From Thermoanaerobaculia bacterium (GTDB lineage: Bacteria > Acidobacteriota > Thermoanaerobaculia > Multivoradales > UBA5704), in the NCBI GenBank assembly GCA_038248205.1, contig JBBRUC010000006.1, positions 1-60,072 on the forward strand: a DNA stretch of 60,072 nucleotides, read 5' to 3'. How positions within the stretch are numbered: position 1 is the stretch's first letter; the number at the start of each line of letters is the position of its first letter. Made by a program: the position numbers and the translations under genes. Of this stretch, positions 36,966 to 45,449 are shown piece after piece. Below the pieces are notes generated by a model. It saw only the letters and a program-made list of their open reading frames with translations. It ran no database searches and had not been told where the DNA came from.

Positions 36966-37777
36966 GAGGCTTCTCCTTCGAGCTCGCGGATCGCCCGCCG
37001 GATGTGGCGGACTCGAAGCTCGTCGGCGCCGAGAACGAAGCCGCAGAGCAATGCCTTGTCGCACACCGCGTTGATCAGGCGGGGCACACCTCCGGCATAA
37101 CGGTGGATGCGCCGGATCGCCCAGCGTGTGAAAGTCGGCCGGCCGTTGGCGCCCGCCACCTGCAAACGATGCAGGACGTACTGCTCGGTTTCGGCAAGAG
37201 TCAACGGTGCCAGGTGATAGCGCACCGTAATCCGCTGTCGCAGTTGGCGCAAGCGCCGGTCGTTCAGCTTGTCGCGCAGCTCGGGCTGACCGATCAGGAC
37301 GATCTGCAACAGCTTGCGTTGGTCGGTTTCGAGGTTCGAGAGGAGCCGCACCTGTTCGAGGAGGTCGGAGTCCAGATCCTGCGCCTCGTCGATCACCAGC
37401 ACGACGTCGTTGCCGGAATCGAGCTGTTCGAGCAGGAAGCGGTTGAGCGTTTCGAGCGCGCTCACCCGGTCGATGCGCGAATGGTGAGGCAGGCCGAGTT
37501 CGACCAGGATGGTGCGGATCAACTGCGCCGAGGTGAGCATCGGGTTCAAGATCAGCGCCGTCTTATAGCGGCTCCCTAGCTGTTCGAGCAGCGCACGGCA
37601 GATGGTGGTCTTTCCAGCTCCCACCTCTCCGGTCAGTTGGATGAACCCTTTGCGCTCTTGGAGGCCGTAGAGGACGTGGTTGTAGGCCTCCCGATGGCGA
37701 TCCGAGAAGAACAGAAACCGCGGATCGGGCGTCAGGTTGAACGGTGGCTCGGTGAAGCCGTAGAACTCGTCATACAT
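36962..37777 (-). CDS. exeA: ExeA/GspA-family AAA ATPase
   Basis: YGFTEPPFNLTPDP, Walker A GEVGAGKT, Walker B VIDEAQ, GQPEL and GVPRLIN. Confidence 0.88.
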   Translation of the reverse strand: MYDEFYGFTEPPFNLTPDPRFLFFSDRHREAYNHVLYGLQERKGFIQLTGEVGAGKTTICRALLEQLGSRYKTALILNPMLTSAQLIRTILVELGLPHHSRIDRVSALETLNRFLLEQLDSGNDVVLVIDEAQDLDSDLLEQVRLLSNLETDQRKLLQIVLIGQPELRDKLNDRRLRQLRQRITVRYHLAPLTLAETEQYVLHRLQVAGANGRPTFTRWAIRRIHRYAGGVPRLINAVCDKALLCGFVLGADELRVRHIRRAIRELEGEAS

Positions 37778-37989
37778 CCCGGTCGGCTACTTTGCCACAA
37801 AAGACGGTTGGCCTACCCCGGACGATGGCACTTCGCGGAGCCGACTACGTCGCCCTGGGCGGGCCAACCGTAATTTTCTTGCAGAAAACCAGGGACCGGA
37901 AAGGCTTGCCGACCCTACCGATGCCGAATGGAGGGACGGGCCGGCGCCATCCGCCCAAGGCGGTGGACCGGCCCCTTGGAGACTTCGCG

Positions 37990-38136
37990 CTAGAGAGGGC
38001 GTCTACCTTGTATGACGCGTATCAAGATCACCACGATGGCGATCACTAAGAGGATGTGAATCAGGCCACCTACGGCGTGGGTAGCGAACCCCAGCGCCCA
38101 GAGAACCAGCAGAATCACAACGATCGTCCAAAGCAT
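37990..38136 (-). CDS. lmo0937/DUF5670-family small membrane protein
   Basis: RBS AGGAGGAG. MLWTIVVILLVLWALGF...GGLIHILLVIA. Confidence 0.9.
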   Translation of the reverse strand: MLWTIVVILLVLWALGFATHAVGGLIHILLVIAIVVILIRVIQGRRPL

Positions 38137-38359
38137 TTGACTCCTCCTTAAGAGAGCGTACCGTTCGGGAAACCGACCGGCCCAGCTCGTGCGGCCTGTC
38201 GAAACTCGGGTGGAAACAGGTCCATAACCTCGCCGAGATACACCCAGAGAGAGCAATATCGATGCCGCCCCCGTCGCGCCTAACTAAGCCCCGTTGCGTT
38301 CAGTGGCAGCAAATTCGCAGGGCCGGCTGCCCGAACCGCAAGAAAAAAGGAGTCACCCT

Positions 38360-38578
38360 ATGAGCGCATCCAAAATCATCGGCATCGTCTTGATCGTTGC
38401 CGGAATCGCCAGTCTCGCCTACGGCAAGTTCAGCTATACCAAGGAAAGCCACGACGCCAAGCTCGGCCCGATGGAGTTTTCGGTCAAGGACAAGGAAACC
38501 GTCCACATCCCCACCTGGGCGGGCATCGCCGGCATCGTGGTCGGCGGCGCGCTGCTGTTTGCCGGCGGCCGCAAGTAG
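38360..38578 (+). CDS. Small two-TM membrane protein (72 aa)
   Basis: RBS AAGGAG. GIVLIVAG...YTKESHDAKLGP...IPTWAG pattern. Confidence 0.85.
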   Translation: MSASKIIGIVLIVAGIASLAYGKFSYTKESHDAKLGPMEFSVKDKETVHIPTWAGIAGIVVGGALLFAGGRK

Positions 38579-38589
38579 CGACGATCGGG

Positions 38590-38642
38590 AAAGGAAACCG
38601 CGTGGGCGCCCTCCCGTTCAGAGAGAACGCCCACGCGGAAAA
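38590..38642 (-). terminator. Terminator hairpin between convergent genes
   Basis: CCGCGTGGGCG (38598-38608) and CGCCCACGCGG (38628-38638) form an inverted repeat, followed by TTTCCTTT on the minus strand. Confidence 0.65.
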
Positions 38643-38660
38643 CCCTCGCGGATGTTGGGC

Positions 38661-39392
38661 CTAACCGCAGGCCGCGAAGGCGCGGCCCATGTACTCAAAC
38701 ATCGCGGGGTCCGGACCGCCGTGCTGCGCGCGGATCGCGTCTCCCTCTTGCTGCCAGACGTTTTTAACGCCGGCCGCGATTCCGCCATCGCCGCCGGTGA
38801 ATCGCTCGACCAACTCGCGCCATCGGGCGGCAATCCCTTGGACCTCCGCGCTGCCGGGATCGGCGCCGCGGGCCATCGCGGCTTGGACTTCCGCGATCAG
38901 CACCGTCCACTCGTCTTGCGTCTTGGCGATCGCGTCACGCCCCAACTCCTGGCCGCGACGTTCGATCGCCTTCATCTGCTCCGGGGTGAAATGTCGTTCT
39001 ACGTTCATCGTGCTCTCCATGCAGTCGAATAGGTCGTCGACGGAGACCGCCCCCGTCGCACGGAGATGGCCGACCACCCGGCCGAGGCGTCGACGCAGGA
39101 TGTCGAGATCGCTGATCTCGCGATCCAACCGCGCGAGATGAAGCTCGAGGTCCGCGGCGAGCGAGCGGTCGGAACGGCTGAGCCAGGCACCGATTTCGGC
39201 GAGCGACAGTCCCAGTTGCCGCAGCGACAAAATCCGCTGCAACCGAGAGAGATCCGTCTCGTCGTACAAACGGTGCCCCGCCGAGGTCCGCTCCGAAGGG
39301 CGAAGCAATCCCACCTCGTCCCAATGATGGAGCGTCCGAACCGAAAGCCCCACCCGCTCCGCCAGCTCGCCAACCCGAAACCGTTCGCTCAT
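38661..39392 (-). CDS. MerR-family regulator with TipAS antibiotic-binding domain
   Basis: VGELA...SVRTLHHWDEVGLL.PSERTSAGHRLY. C-terminal DPGSAEVQ.IAARW...FTGGD. Confidence 0.9.
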   Translation of the reverse strand: MSERFRVGELAERVGLSVRTLHHWDEVGLLRPSERTSAGHRLYDETDLSRLQRILSLRQLGLSLAEIGAWLSRSDRSLAADLELHLARLDREISDLDILRRRLGRVVGHLRATGAVSVDDLFDCMESTMNVERHFTPEQMKAIERRGQELGRDAIAKTQDEWTVLIAEVQAAMARGADPGSAEVQGIAARWRELVERFTGGDGGIAAGVKNVWQQEGDAIRAQHGGPDPAMFEYMGRAFAACG

Positions 39393-39465
39393 ACGCGCTT
39401 CTCGCCTCCTCGTCCGAGCCGCCTGACGAACGATCTCGTCCAAGCGTTCCGGCCATCTGAAGAGC

Positions 39466-39496
39466 ACGGTACGACCTCACGGTACGTCAGGTGCAA
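39466..39496 (-). promoter_or_regulatory. MerR-type promoter/operator with 19-bp spacer
   Basis: Minus strand reads TTGCAC-ctgacgtaccgtgaggtcg-TACCGT. The dyad ACCTGACG-tac-CGTGAGGT overlaps the -35 box and spacer. Confidence 0.8.
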
Positions 39497-39670
39497 GGGG
39501 TTTTCGACAACGAAGTTGGCGCTGTTCGTCCCGCGCGTCCGCGGGTTGAGCGAGGGCTCGACAATTTTGGGGCGAACGTGCGGCAGGTGATGGGCTCGCC
39601 TTCGATCGCGGGCCGCACCAACTAGATGTAGATGATCCTCTATGATCCTCGTGGATCAAGGAGAAATGGC

Positions 39671-39886
39671 ATGAAGAGGAAGCTTTCCCTGCATAGAGAA
39701 ACGGTTCGCCTGCTCGTTGAGCCCGAGCTTCGCGGCGCGCTCGGCCTCTCGCTCTCCGACGCGACGTCCTCTCCTTACAATTCCTGCGTTCCCTGCAACA
39801 GTTTGCGGTACTGCACCTACTGGTGCAACACCGCCAACTGCAACGAGACAGCGACTGCTTGCTCCAACCAGCCGCCTTGCTGGTAG
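39671..39886 (+). CDS. Cys-rich RiPP-precursor-like peptide (71 aa)
   Basis: RBS AAGGAG. Leader MKRKLSLHRETVRLL..PELRGALG and a core with 7 Cys rich in S/T/N. Confidence 0.82.
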   Translation: MKRKLSLHRETVRLLVEPELRGALGLSLSDATSSPYNSCVPCNSLRYCTYWCNTANCNETATACSNQPPCW

Positions 39887-39938
39887 ACCGCGCTTTGCTC
39901 CAACGGGCTTGGCCGAACGCAAGCGGCTTGGACATCGC

Positions 39939-41141
39939 ATGCCGATGATCGGGAGCCGCCGCTATCGGGTCTCGCGGTCCCTGAACCTCGGTATTTCTCC
40001 GAAGGGCCGGTTATTCGCGACGAATTCCCTGTCGAGGCCTCCCTACGAGTTGAGCCTAGACGTGCTCCCCGTGCTGATGGCGTTCGCAAGCGAGACCACG
40101 CCGGACGACGCATACGAACACTTGAGCAACGACTACGAATTGGAGGAGGCCGGCTTCCACGAGAGCGTGGATGCTCTCCTCGCTCAGAACCTGCTCACCC
40201 CGGTTGCCGACGGGAACTCAGCGCTCGCTCCTTCCCTTTACGCCTCGCCCCTTCCACATCATCAGATGCTTCGCGACGCCCTTCGAGACGGCGCGTACCG
40301 GGCGGCGATCGAGCGCTATTGCCCCGGGCGCCGAACCGTGGAGATCGGGTGCGGCACGGGGATCCTCTCTTTTTTCGCCGCGCGGGCGGGAGCGCGGCAC
40401 GTCGATGCGATCGAGGAAAGCGCCATCGCGGACATGGCGGAGAAGCTGATCGCGGCCAATGGATACGAAGACAGAATTACGCTCCATCGTGGCAACAGCT
40501 GCGACATTTTCCTGGAAGAGCCCGGCGAGATCCTGATCCACGAGTTACTGGGAACCGATCCGTTCGGGGAAGGTCTCCTCCGCTTTGTGGCCGATGCACG
40601 CGAGCGCCTTCTCACCCCCAACGCCCGCTTCCTTCCGGCTCGTCTGGAGGTCGCCTGTGTCGGAATCGACTCCGTTGCCAGCGGACTTCCGGACGCCGAC
40701 TCGATCCTCGCCGAAGCGAAGGTCTATGCCGATCGATTCGGCTTCGAGATGACGCCTTGGATCGACTGGCTCGGGGCCACGGCGCCGAGGTTTCTTCGCG
40801 GTTACCAGCTCGGACCCGAGCCCGTCGTTTTGACCGAGGAGTGCCTGCTCTACGATCTCGACTTCGCGACCTCTGACCTCCGCGCGCCGAAGCTTGCCGC
40901 CGTGCCGAATCTTCGCGCTACAAAGAGCGGAAAGCTCAGCTCCCTCGCCGTCTTCTTCCGTGCCTATTTCGACGACGAGATCATGCTGTCGACCTCGCCG
41001 GATGATCCCGCAACCTGCTGGGGGTTCGACCTGCGGCCCGTCGATCAGCCGCGGGCCGTGAAACCCGGAGACGTAGTCGAACTCGAAGTTCGGATTCAAG
41101 AGAGCTTCGGCTGGCAGCAGACCTACCTTGGATTGAAGTGA
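39939..41141 (+). CDS. PRMT-like SAM-dependent methyltransferase with N-terminal PqqD/RRE-like domain
   Basis: HHQMLRD..R..AY..AI, motif [11 protein letters not shown], double-E loop [11 protein letters not shown] and TCW at the THW position. The N-terminal ~90 aa look like 3 strands plus 3 helices ending [10 protein letters not shown]. The start could be 39939 or 39945. Confidence 0.8.
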   Translation: MPMIGSRRYRVSRSLNLGISPKGRLFATNSLSRPPYELSLDVLPVLMAFASETTPDDAYEHLSNDYELEEAGFHESVDALLAQNLLTPVADGNSALAPSLYASPLPHHQMLRDALRDGAYRAAIERYCPGRRTVEIGCGTGILSFFAARAGARHVDAIEESAIADMAEKLIAANGYEDRITLHRGNSCDIFLEEPGEILIHELLGTDPFGEGLLRFVADARERLLTPNARFLPARLEVACVGIDSVASGLPDADSILAEAKVYADRFGFEMTPWIDWLGATAPRFLRGYQLGPEPVVLTEECLLYDLDFATSDLRAPKLAAVPNLRATKSGKLSSLAVFFRAYFDDEIMLSTSPDDPATCWGFDLRPVDQPRAVKPGDVVELEVRIQESFGWQQTYLGLK

Positions 41142-41162
41142 CCGACTCCCCGTTGCTGCACC

Positions 41163-44100
41163 TCACAGCTCCCCCAGAACCCGATCCAGCCCTCCGATCA
41201 GCCGATTCGCATCCGCCTCTTCGAAGATCATCGAGGGGCGGAGCTTGATTACGTTGTGGTGCGGGCCGTCGGTGCCGGCGAGGATTCCGAGGTTGCGGAG
41301 GCGATCGACGGCGTATGCCGCCTCTTCGGTCGCCGGTTCGAGCGTTTCGCGGTCGCGGACCAGCTCCAGCCCTAAGAAGAATCCGACGCCGCGGGCGTCT
41401 CCCGCGATCTCGTGTTTCTGGGCGAGCGCTCGGAGGTCCGCGAGCAGCCGATCGCCCACATGGCGGGCGTTTTCTTGGAGACCTTCTTCTTCCACTACGT
41501 CGAGCACCGCGAGGCCGGCGGCGCAGGAGACGGGGTTTCCTCCGAACGTCGAGAAGAACTCCATCCCGTTGTCGAACGCGGCGGCGATCTCCGGAGTCGT
41601 CACCACCGCGCCGAGTGGGTGGCCGTTGCCGATCGGCTTACCGAGCACCACGATGTCGGGCACTACGCCTTGCAGCTCGAAGCCCCAGAACGCATGGCCC
41701 AGCCGGCCGAAACCGGTCTGGACTTCGTCCGCGATCGTGACGCCGCCGTGAGTTCGGATCGCCCGATAGACCGCTTCGAGATACCCCGGCGGCGGCACGA
41801 TCTGCCCGCCGACGCTCGGGAGCGTTTCCGCGAGAAAGGTCGCGCGCTTCCCCTCCCGCGCCAGCCGCGCGGCGATCTCTTCGACCGGCCGTGCGAATTT
41901 CGGCCCCGCGTCCGGATCACCGCGCTTCCACGCGCCGCGGTAGTCGTCCGGAATTGGCGCGGTGTACACCCAATCGGGCGCGCCTGCTCCCCCCGGCCCA
42001 TCGTGCTTGTAGGGGCTCGCATCAATCAAGCTCGTGGTGTGGCCGTGGTAGGCGGCTTCGAGCACGATCAGATCGCGGCCTCCTGTGGCGGCCCGGGCGA
42101 GGCGCAGCGCCAGCTCGTTCGCCTCGCTCGCCGAGTTGACGACGTACACCACGGAGAGCGGCGCGGGCATCTTCGCGGCGAGCCGCTCGGCATAGCGCAC
42201 CAGATTCGGATGCAGATAGCGGGTGTTCGTATTGAGCAGCCCCACCTGCGCGCGGATCGCTTCCACCACTCTCGGGTGCTGGTGTCCCACGTGGGCGACG
42301 TTGTTGTAAACGTCGAGGTAGCCGCGCCCGTCCGCGTCGAACAGGTGTTGGCGGAAACCGCGCACGATTTCGAGCGGCCTCGAATAGGAAAGAGAAAGGT
42401 TTGTACCCAAACGAGAGCGGCGTGCGGCGAGGAGTTCGCCGAAGCTCAATTGAGGCGTCGGGAGGCGATCGGCCGGTATGCCGAGCCAGGCCGTCGGATC
42501 GGGCGACAGTGCCTGCCAGACCGCCCGCTCGCTCGGGCGCGCCGCGGTCGGGAAGCGCGCGCCGAGGCCGAGGTCGTCCAGGAGGATTTGGAGGCGGACG
42601 CGCGGCGGCCAGCCGCCGTTTTCTTTCGGAGCCGCCACTCGGCCGATCGGATCACCGCGGTCGAGGGCGGTCCCGACCGCGGGAAGGGAATCGGCGGCGA
42701 GACCCAGCCAGAGAGTGCGGAAAATCCTCCCAGGGACAAGCGGGAGGGCTGGGTGTTCCATCAACACCCGCACGTCCGCTTCCGGCTGGAGAATCTCCAC
42801 CACCCTCCCCGCGCACAGCGCGCGAATCTCGCTCCCCGCGGGAAGAAACAGTTCGGCCCCGAGCTGAATCGTCGCGGGTTCGACACCCGGCTCGGGCGGA
42901 ATCGGCCCGACCAGCCGGGCCTCGCCGTAGAGACTGAGACCGATCTCCGCGCTCTCGCCGCCCCCGAGCTCCCGCTCGATCAACGACCGAAGCCCCGCGG
43001 GTTCGAGATTCCTCGGATCGGCGCCGAGCAGCAGGCTTCCGACCGAAAGATCGAGCGGGCGAACCCGCGCCAGTCGATCGAGAAGCGGGGGAGCGAGAAT
43101 CGGCGCCGGTTTTAGGATCTGGAAGCTTTCGATCGGAGAAACCGCGAGCGGAGAAAACCCACAAGCATGGCGAAGCGTCGCGCGCACCAGACGCGGTAGA
43201 ATCCGATCGAGCGCTTCGAGCGCGGCCCAAGCGGGCGCTTCGCTCACCGAAACGTAGGGATCCCCAGGAGCGAGCGCGCGTCGAATCGCCGCATTCGTCA
43301 CCGACACGGCAAGCCGCATCGCGACGAGCGGCGCGAGGATCTCGACCTCTATTTCGGTGAGAGGCACCACCTGCGCATACCCCGCCGCCACCTGCGCCAA
43401 ACCGGCGAGCGGATCTTCGGAGTCGAAGATCGCGTACGCCGCACCGATCGCCAGATCGCAGATTCGCGGCGAGCGCACCATGTCGCCGAAGTCGATCAAA
43501 GAAACCGCCTCGGGTGCCCAGCCCCGAACGCCGCGTACCAGGACGTTCCAATCGTTCGCATCGCCATGAATCGCGACCTTCGGCAGCGCGGAAAGCGCGG
43601 GCGCCGCCTCCGCATCGAATCGCGCGATCGTCCGCTCGACGAGCCCTCCGCGCACCGAGTCCTCGATTTGCTCCAGCCGCTCGGCGATCCAACCGGCTCG
43701 CGCAAGATCCCACCGCAGCTCCCGATCGAGCGCCGGATGGTCAAACTCCGAGAGAGCCAATCCTACCTGGCCGATCAATCGGCCGACGCTCACCAACAAT
43801 TCAGGAGTCCGCGCCGCCGCTTCCGCCAGGGGCCGGCCTGCCACCCACTCGAGCATCCAGACCAGCCGCTCCCCGCTTGCCGTCTGAACGAGAGTCCCAG
43901 GCTCACCCCCCGAAGTGGAGACCACTCGCGGCATTTTCAGTTCTGGGGCCACCCGCTCCAAATGCGCCAGCGCCGCCGCTTGAAGTTCGACGAACGACAC
44001 CTCCCGCTCCGGATGCATTACCTTGAGCACCCGCGCCGAGCCGTCGGCGAGCGTCAACCGAAAGTTCTCGTCGTACTCGCCGGGCAGCCGAAGGAGGGTG

Positions 44101-44180
44101 CCTTCAAGACCCCACACGGAGAGGGCGATCTCGGCGTTTTGCGGCTCGGAGAGGTGGGAGGCGAAGGTGTCGATGCGCAT
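41163..44180 (-). CDS. Fusion of APH-type kinase, degenerate M23-like domain and class III aminotransferase (hydroxylysine kinase/phospholyase-like)
   Basis: [15 protein letters not shown] and IDFGD, then [25 protein letters not shown] and FSTFGGNP. Confidence 0.88.
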   Translation of the reverse strand: MRIDTFASHLSEPQNAEIALSVWGLEGTLLRLPGEYDENFRLTLADGSARVLKVMHPEREVSFVELQAAALAHLERVAPELKMPRVVSTSGGEPGTLVQTASGERLVWMLEWVAGRPLAEAAARTPELLVSVGRLIGQVGLALSEFDHPALDRELRWDLARAGWIAERLEQIEDSVRGGLVERTIARFDAEAAPALSALPKVAIHGDANDWNVLVRGVRGWAPEAVSLIDFGDMVRSPRICDLAIGAAYAIFDSEDPLAGLAQVAAGYAQVVPLTEIEVEILAPLVAMRLAVSVTNAAIRRALAPGDPYVSVSEAPAWAALEALDRILPRLVRATLRHACGFSPLAVSPIESFQILKPAPILAPPLLDRLARVRPLDLSVGSLLLGADPRNLEPAGLRSLIERELGGGESAEIGLSLYGEARLVGPIPPEPGVEPATIQLGAELFLPAGSEIRALCAGRVVEILQPEADVRVLMEHPALPLVPGRIFRTLWLGLAADSLPAVGTALDRGDPIGRVAAPKENGGWPPRVRLQILLDDLGLGARFPTAARPSERAVWQALSPDPTAWLGIPADRLPTPQLSFGELLAARRSRLGTNLSLSYSRPLEIVRGFRQHLFDADGRGYLDVYNNVAHVGHQHPRVVEAIRAQVGLLNTNTRYLHPNLVRYAERLAAKMPAPLSVVYVVNSASEANELALRLARAATGGRDLIVLEAAYHGHTTSLIDASPYKHDGPGGAGAPDWVYTAPIPDDYRGAWKRGDPDAGPKFARPVEEIAARLAREGKRATFLAETLPSVGGQIVPPPGYLEAVYRAIRTHGGVTIADEVQTGFGRLGHAFWGFELQGVVPDIVVLGKPIGNGHPLGAVVTTPEIAAAFDNGMEFFSTFGGNPVSCAAGLAVLDVVEEEGLQENARHVGDRLLADLRALAQKHEIAGDARGVGFFLGLELVRDRETLEPATEEAAYAVDRLRNLGILAGTDGPHHNVIKLRPSMIFEEADANRLIGGLDRVLGEL

Positions 44181-44256
44181 GGGGTGGGGGGAGGATAGCG
44201 TGGGGGGAGGAGGCGCGTTCTGTATCGAACCTATAACAGCACGTTATACTGCCGCC

Positions 44257-44499
44257 ATGAGCCAGCTCAACATCCACCTAACCCAGGAGTTCGAGCACCG
44301 CCTCTCGCGCCTGATGCGCGTCCGACGGATCAAGACAAAGTCCGAAGCGGTTCGGATCGCAGTGGAGGAAACTCTTGAGCGCTCGCTCGAGAGCGGCACC
44401 CCTACCGCCGACTTCCACTCGTGGATCGGACTCGCTTGCAAAGCACCTCTCAACGCGAAGCCGCGCTTCCGTTCGGACGACGAGCTTTGGGGCGACTGA
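44257..44499 (+). CDS. vapB: RHH/CopG-type antitoxin
   Basis: QLNIHL...KTKSEAVRIAV ribbon-helix-helix pattern, immediately upstream of a PIN-domain gene. Confidence 0.75.
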   Translation: MSQLNIHLTQEFEHRLSRLMRVRRIKTKSEAVRIAVEETLERSLESGTPTADFHSWIGLACKAPLNAKPRFRSDDELWGD

Positions 44500-44503
44500 G
44501 AAC

Positions 44504-44881
44504 GTGGTCGTTGATTCATCCGTACTTCTCGCCATCTATTTCGACGAGCCGCTTGCGGGCTGGGCCGCCGATCGCTTGGCCGAACATGCCGGAGAGCTTC
44601 GAATGAGCACGGTCAACTTAACGGAAGTGCTCATTCGCCTCCGCGACCGGCAACCCGAGCAGGCTGCCGAACTCGAAGAGCGCATCCTCACGAGCGGCAT
44701 CCGCTTCGTGGCTCCGGATGTCGAACAGGCACGCATCGCAGCGGAAGCTCGGCTCCTCTATCCTCTGAATCTCGGCGACTGTTTCGCCTATGCACTGGCT
44801 GCTGCGGAGAATTGCCCTCTTCTGACCCTCGATAGAGATTTTCGCTCACTTCCCTGTGAGGTTGTAATTCCGAGCGCCTAG
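44504..44881 (+). CDS. vapC: PIN-domain toxin VapC
   Basis: VVDSSVLLA, NLTEV, LNLGDCFAYALA and LLTLDRDF. Confidence 0.9.
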   Translation: MVVDSSVLLAIYFDEPLAGWAADRLAEHAGELRMSTVNLTEVLIRLRDRQPEQAAELEERILTSGIRFVAPDVEQARIAAEARLLYPLNLGDCFAYALAAAENCPLLTLDRDFRSLPCEVVIPSA

Positions 44882-45020
44882 AGATGTCGATGCGCATTGC
44901 GTGGGGAGAGGATAGCGCGGTATTAAGGTAGCTCAGTGGTCTTTAGCGCGCTGCCCAAGTCACCCCGGTTCGCAAGTCGGCTCGCGCTCTCGGATAGCCG
45001 CTCCACGCCGTGGATAGCGG

Positions 45021-45185
45021 CTCTGCGTCCCAGGAGCGGAATATCCGTCCCAGAATAGGAATATCCGTCCCAGAATAGGACTATCCGTCCCAGAATAGGA
45101 CTATCCGTCCCAGAACGGGATCTACGGTCCCAGAATAGGACTATCCGTCCCAGAATGGGATCTGCGGTCCCAGAACGGGAATATC
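45021..45185. repeat. Tandem repeat, about 8 x 20 bp (consensus CTATCCGTCCCAGAATAGGA)
   Basis: Head-to-tail units start every 20 bp from 45021 to 45161, with no spacers. Confidence 0.95.
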
Positions 45186-45449
45186 GGCCGCCGAAAGCGG
45201 CCGGCAGCGCCCGTTCGCGGTTTTCCGTCTGGGTAAGGGGTTCGCAGCCGCGCAATCTTGCTGGACGACGCGGGATACCCCTTGCGCCGATGGCGATGGG
45301 GCGGCAACGCCCACAGCGTGCCTGGCGATTTGGATCACCGCAACGATCCGCAGCTTGGGCTGCGGAAGCACCATCGCGGCACTTACCGGGAAAACCCTGG
45401 ACGGGCTGGACGTTCGCGGGGCGGCGAGAATCAAGACGGCCGGGTGCCC

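Larger units (their letters stand above)
44168..44920 (+). repeat. 36-bp imperfect direct repeat pair (44168-44203 and 44885-44920) flanking vapBC
   Basis: TGTCGATGCGCATGGGGTGGGGGGAGGATAGCGTGG versus TGTCGATGCGCATTGCGTGGGGAGAGGATAGCGCGG, 32/36 identical. Confidence 0.85.

Noticed and set aside
45021-45185. Possible CRISPR array
   Set aside because: Units are contiguous 20-mers with no unique spacers, and no cas genes are in the window.
45186-45449. Short ORFs between the tandem repeat and the ELWxxDGT gene
   Set aside because: No convincing RBS or recognisable motif in any frame.
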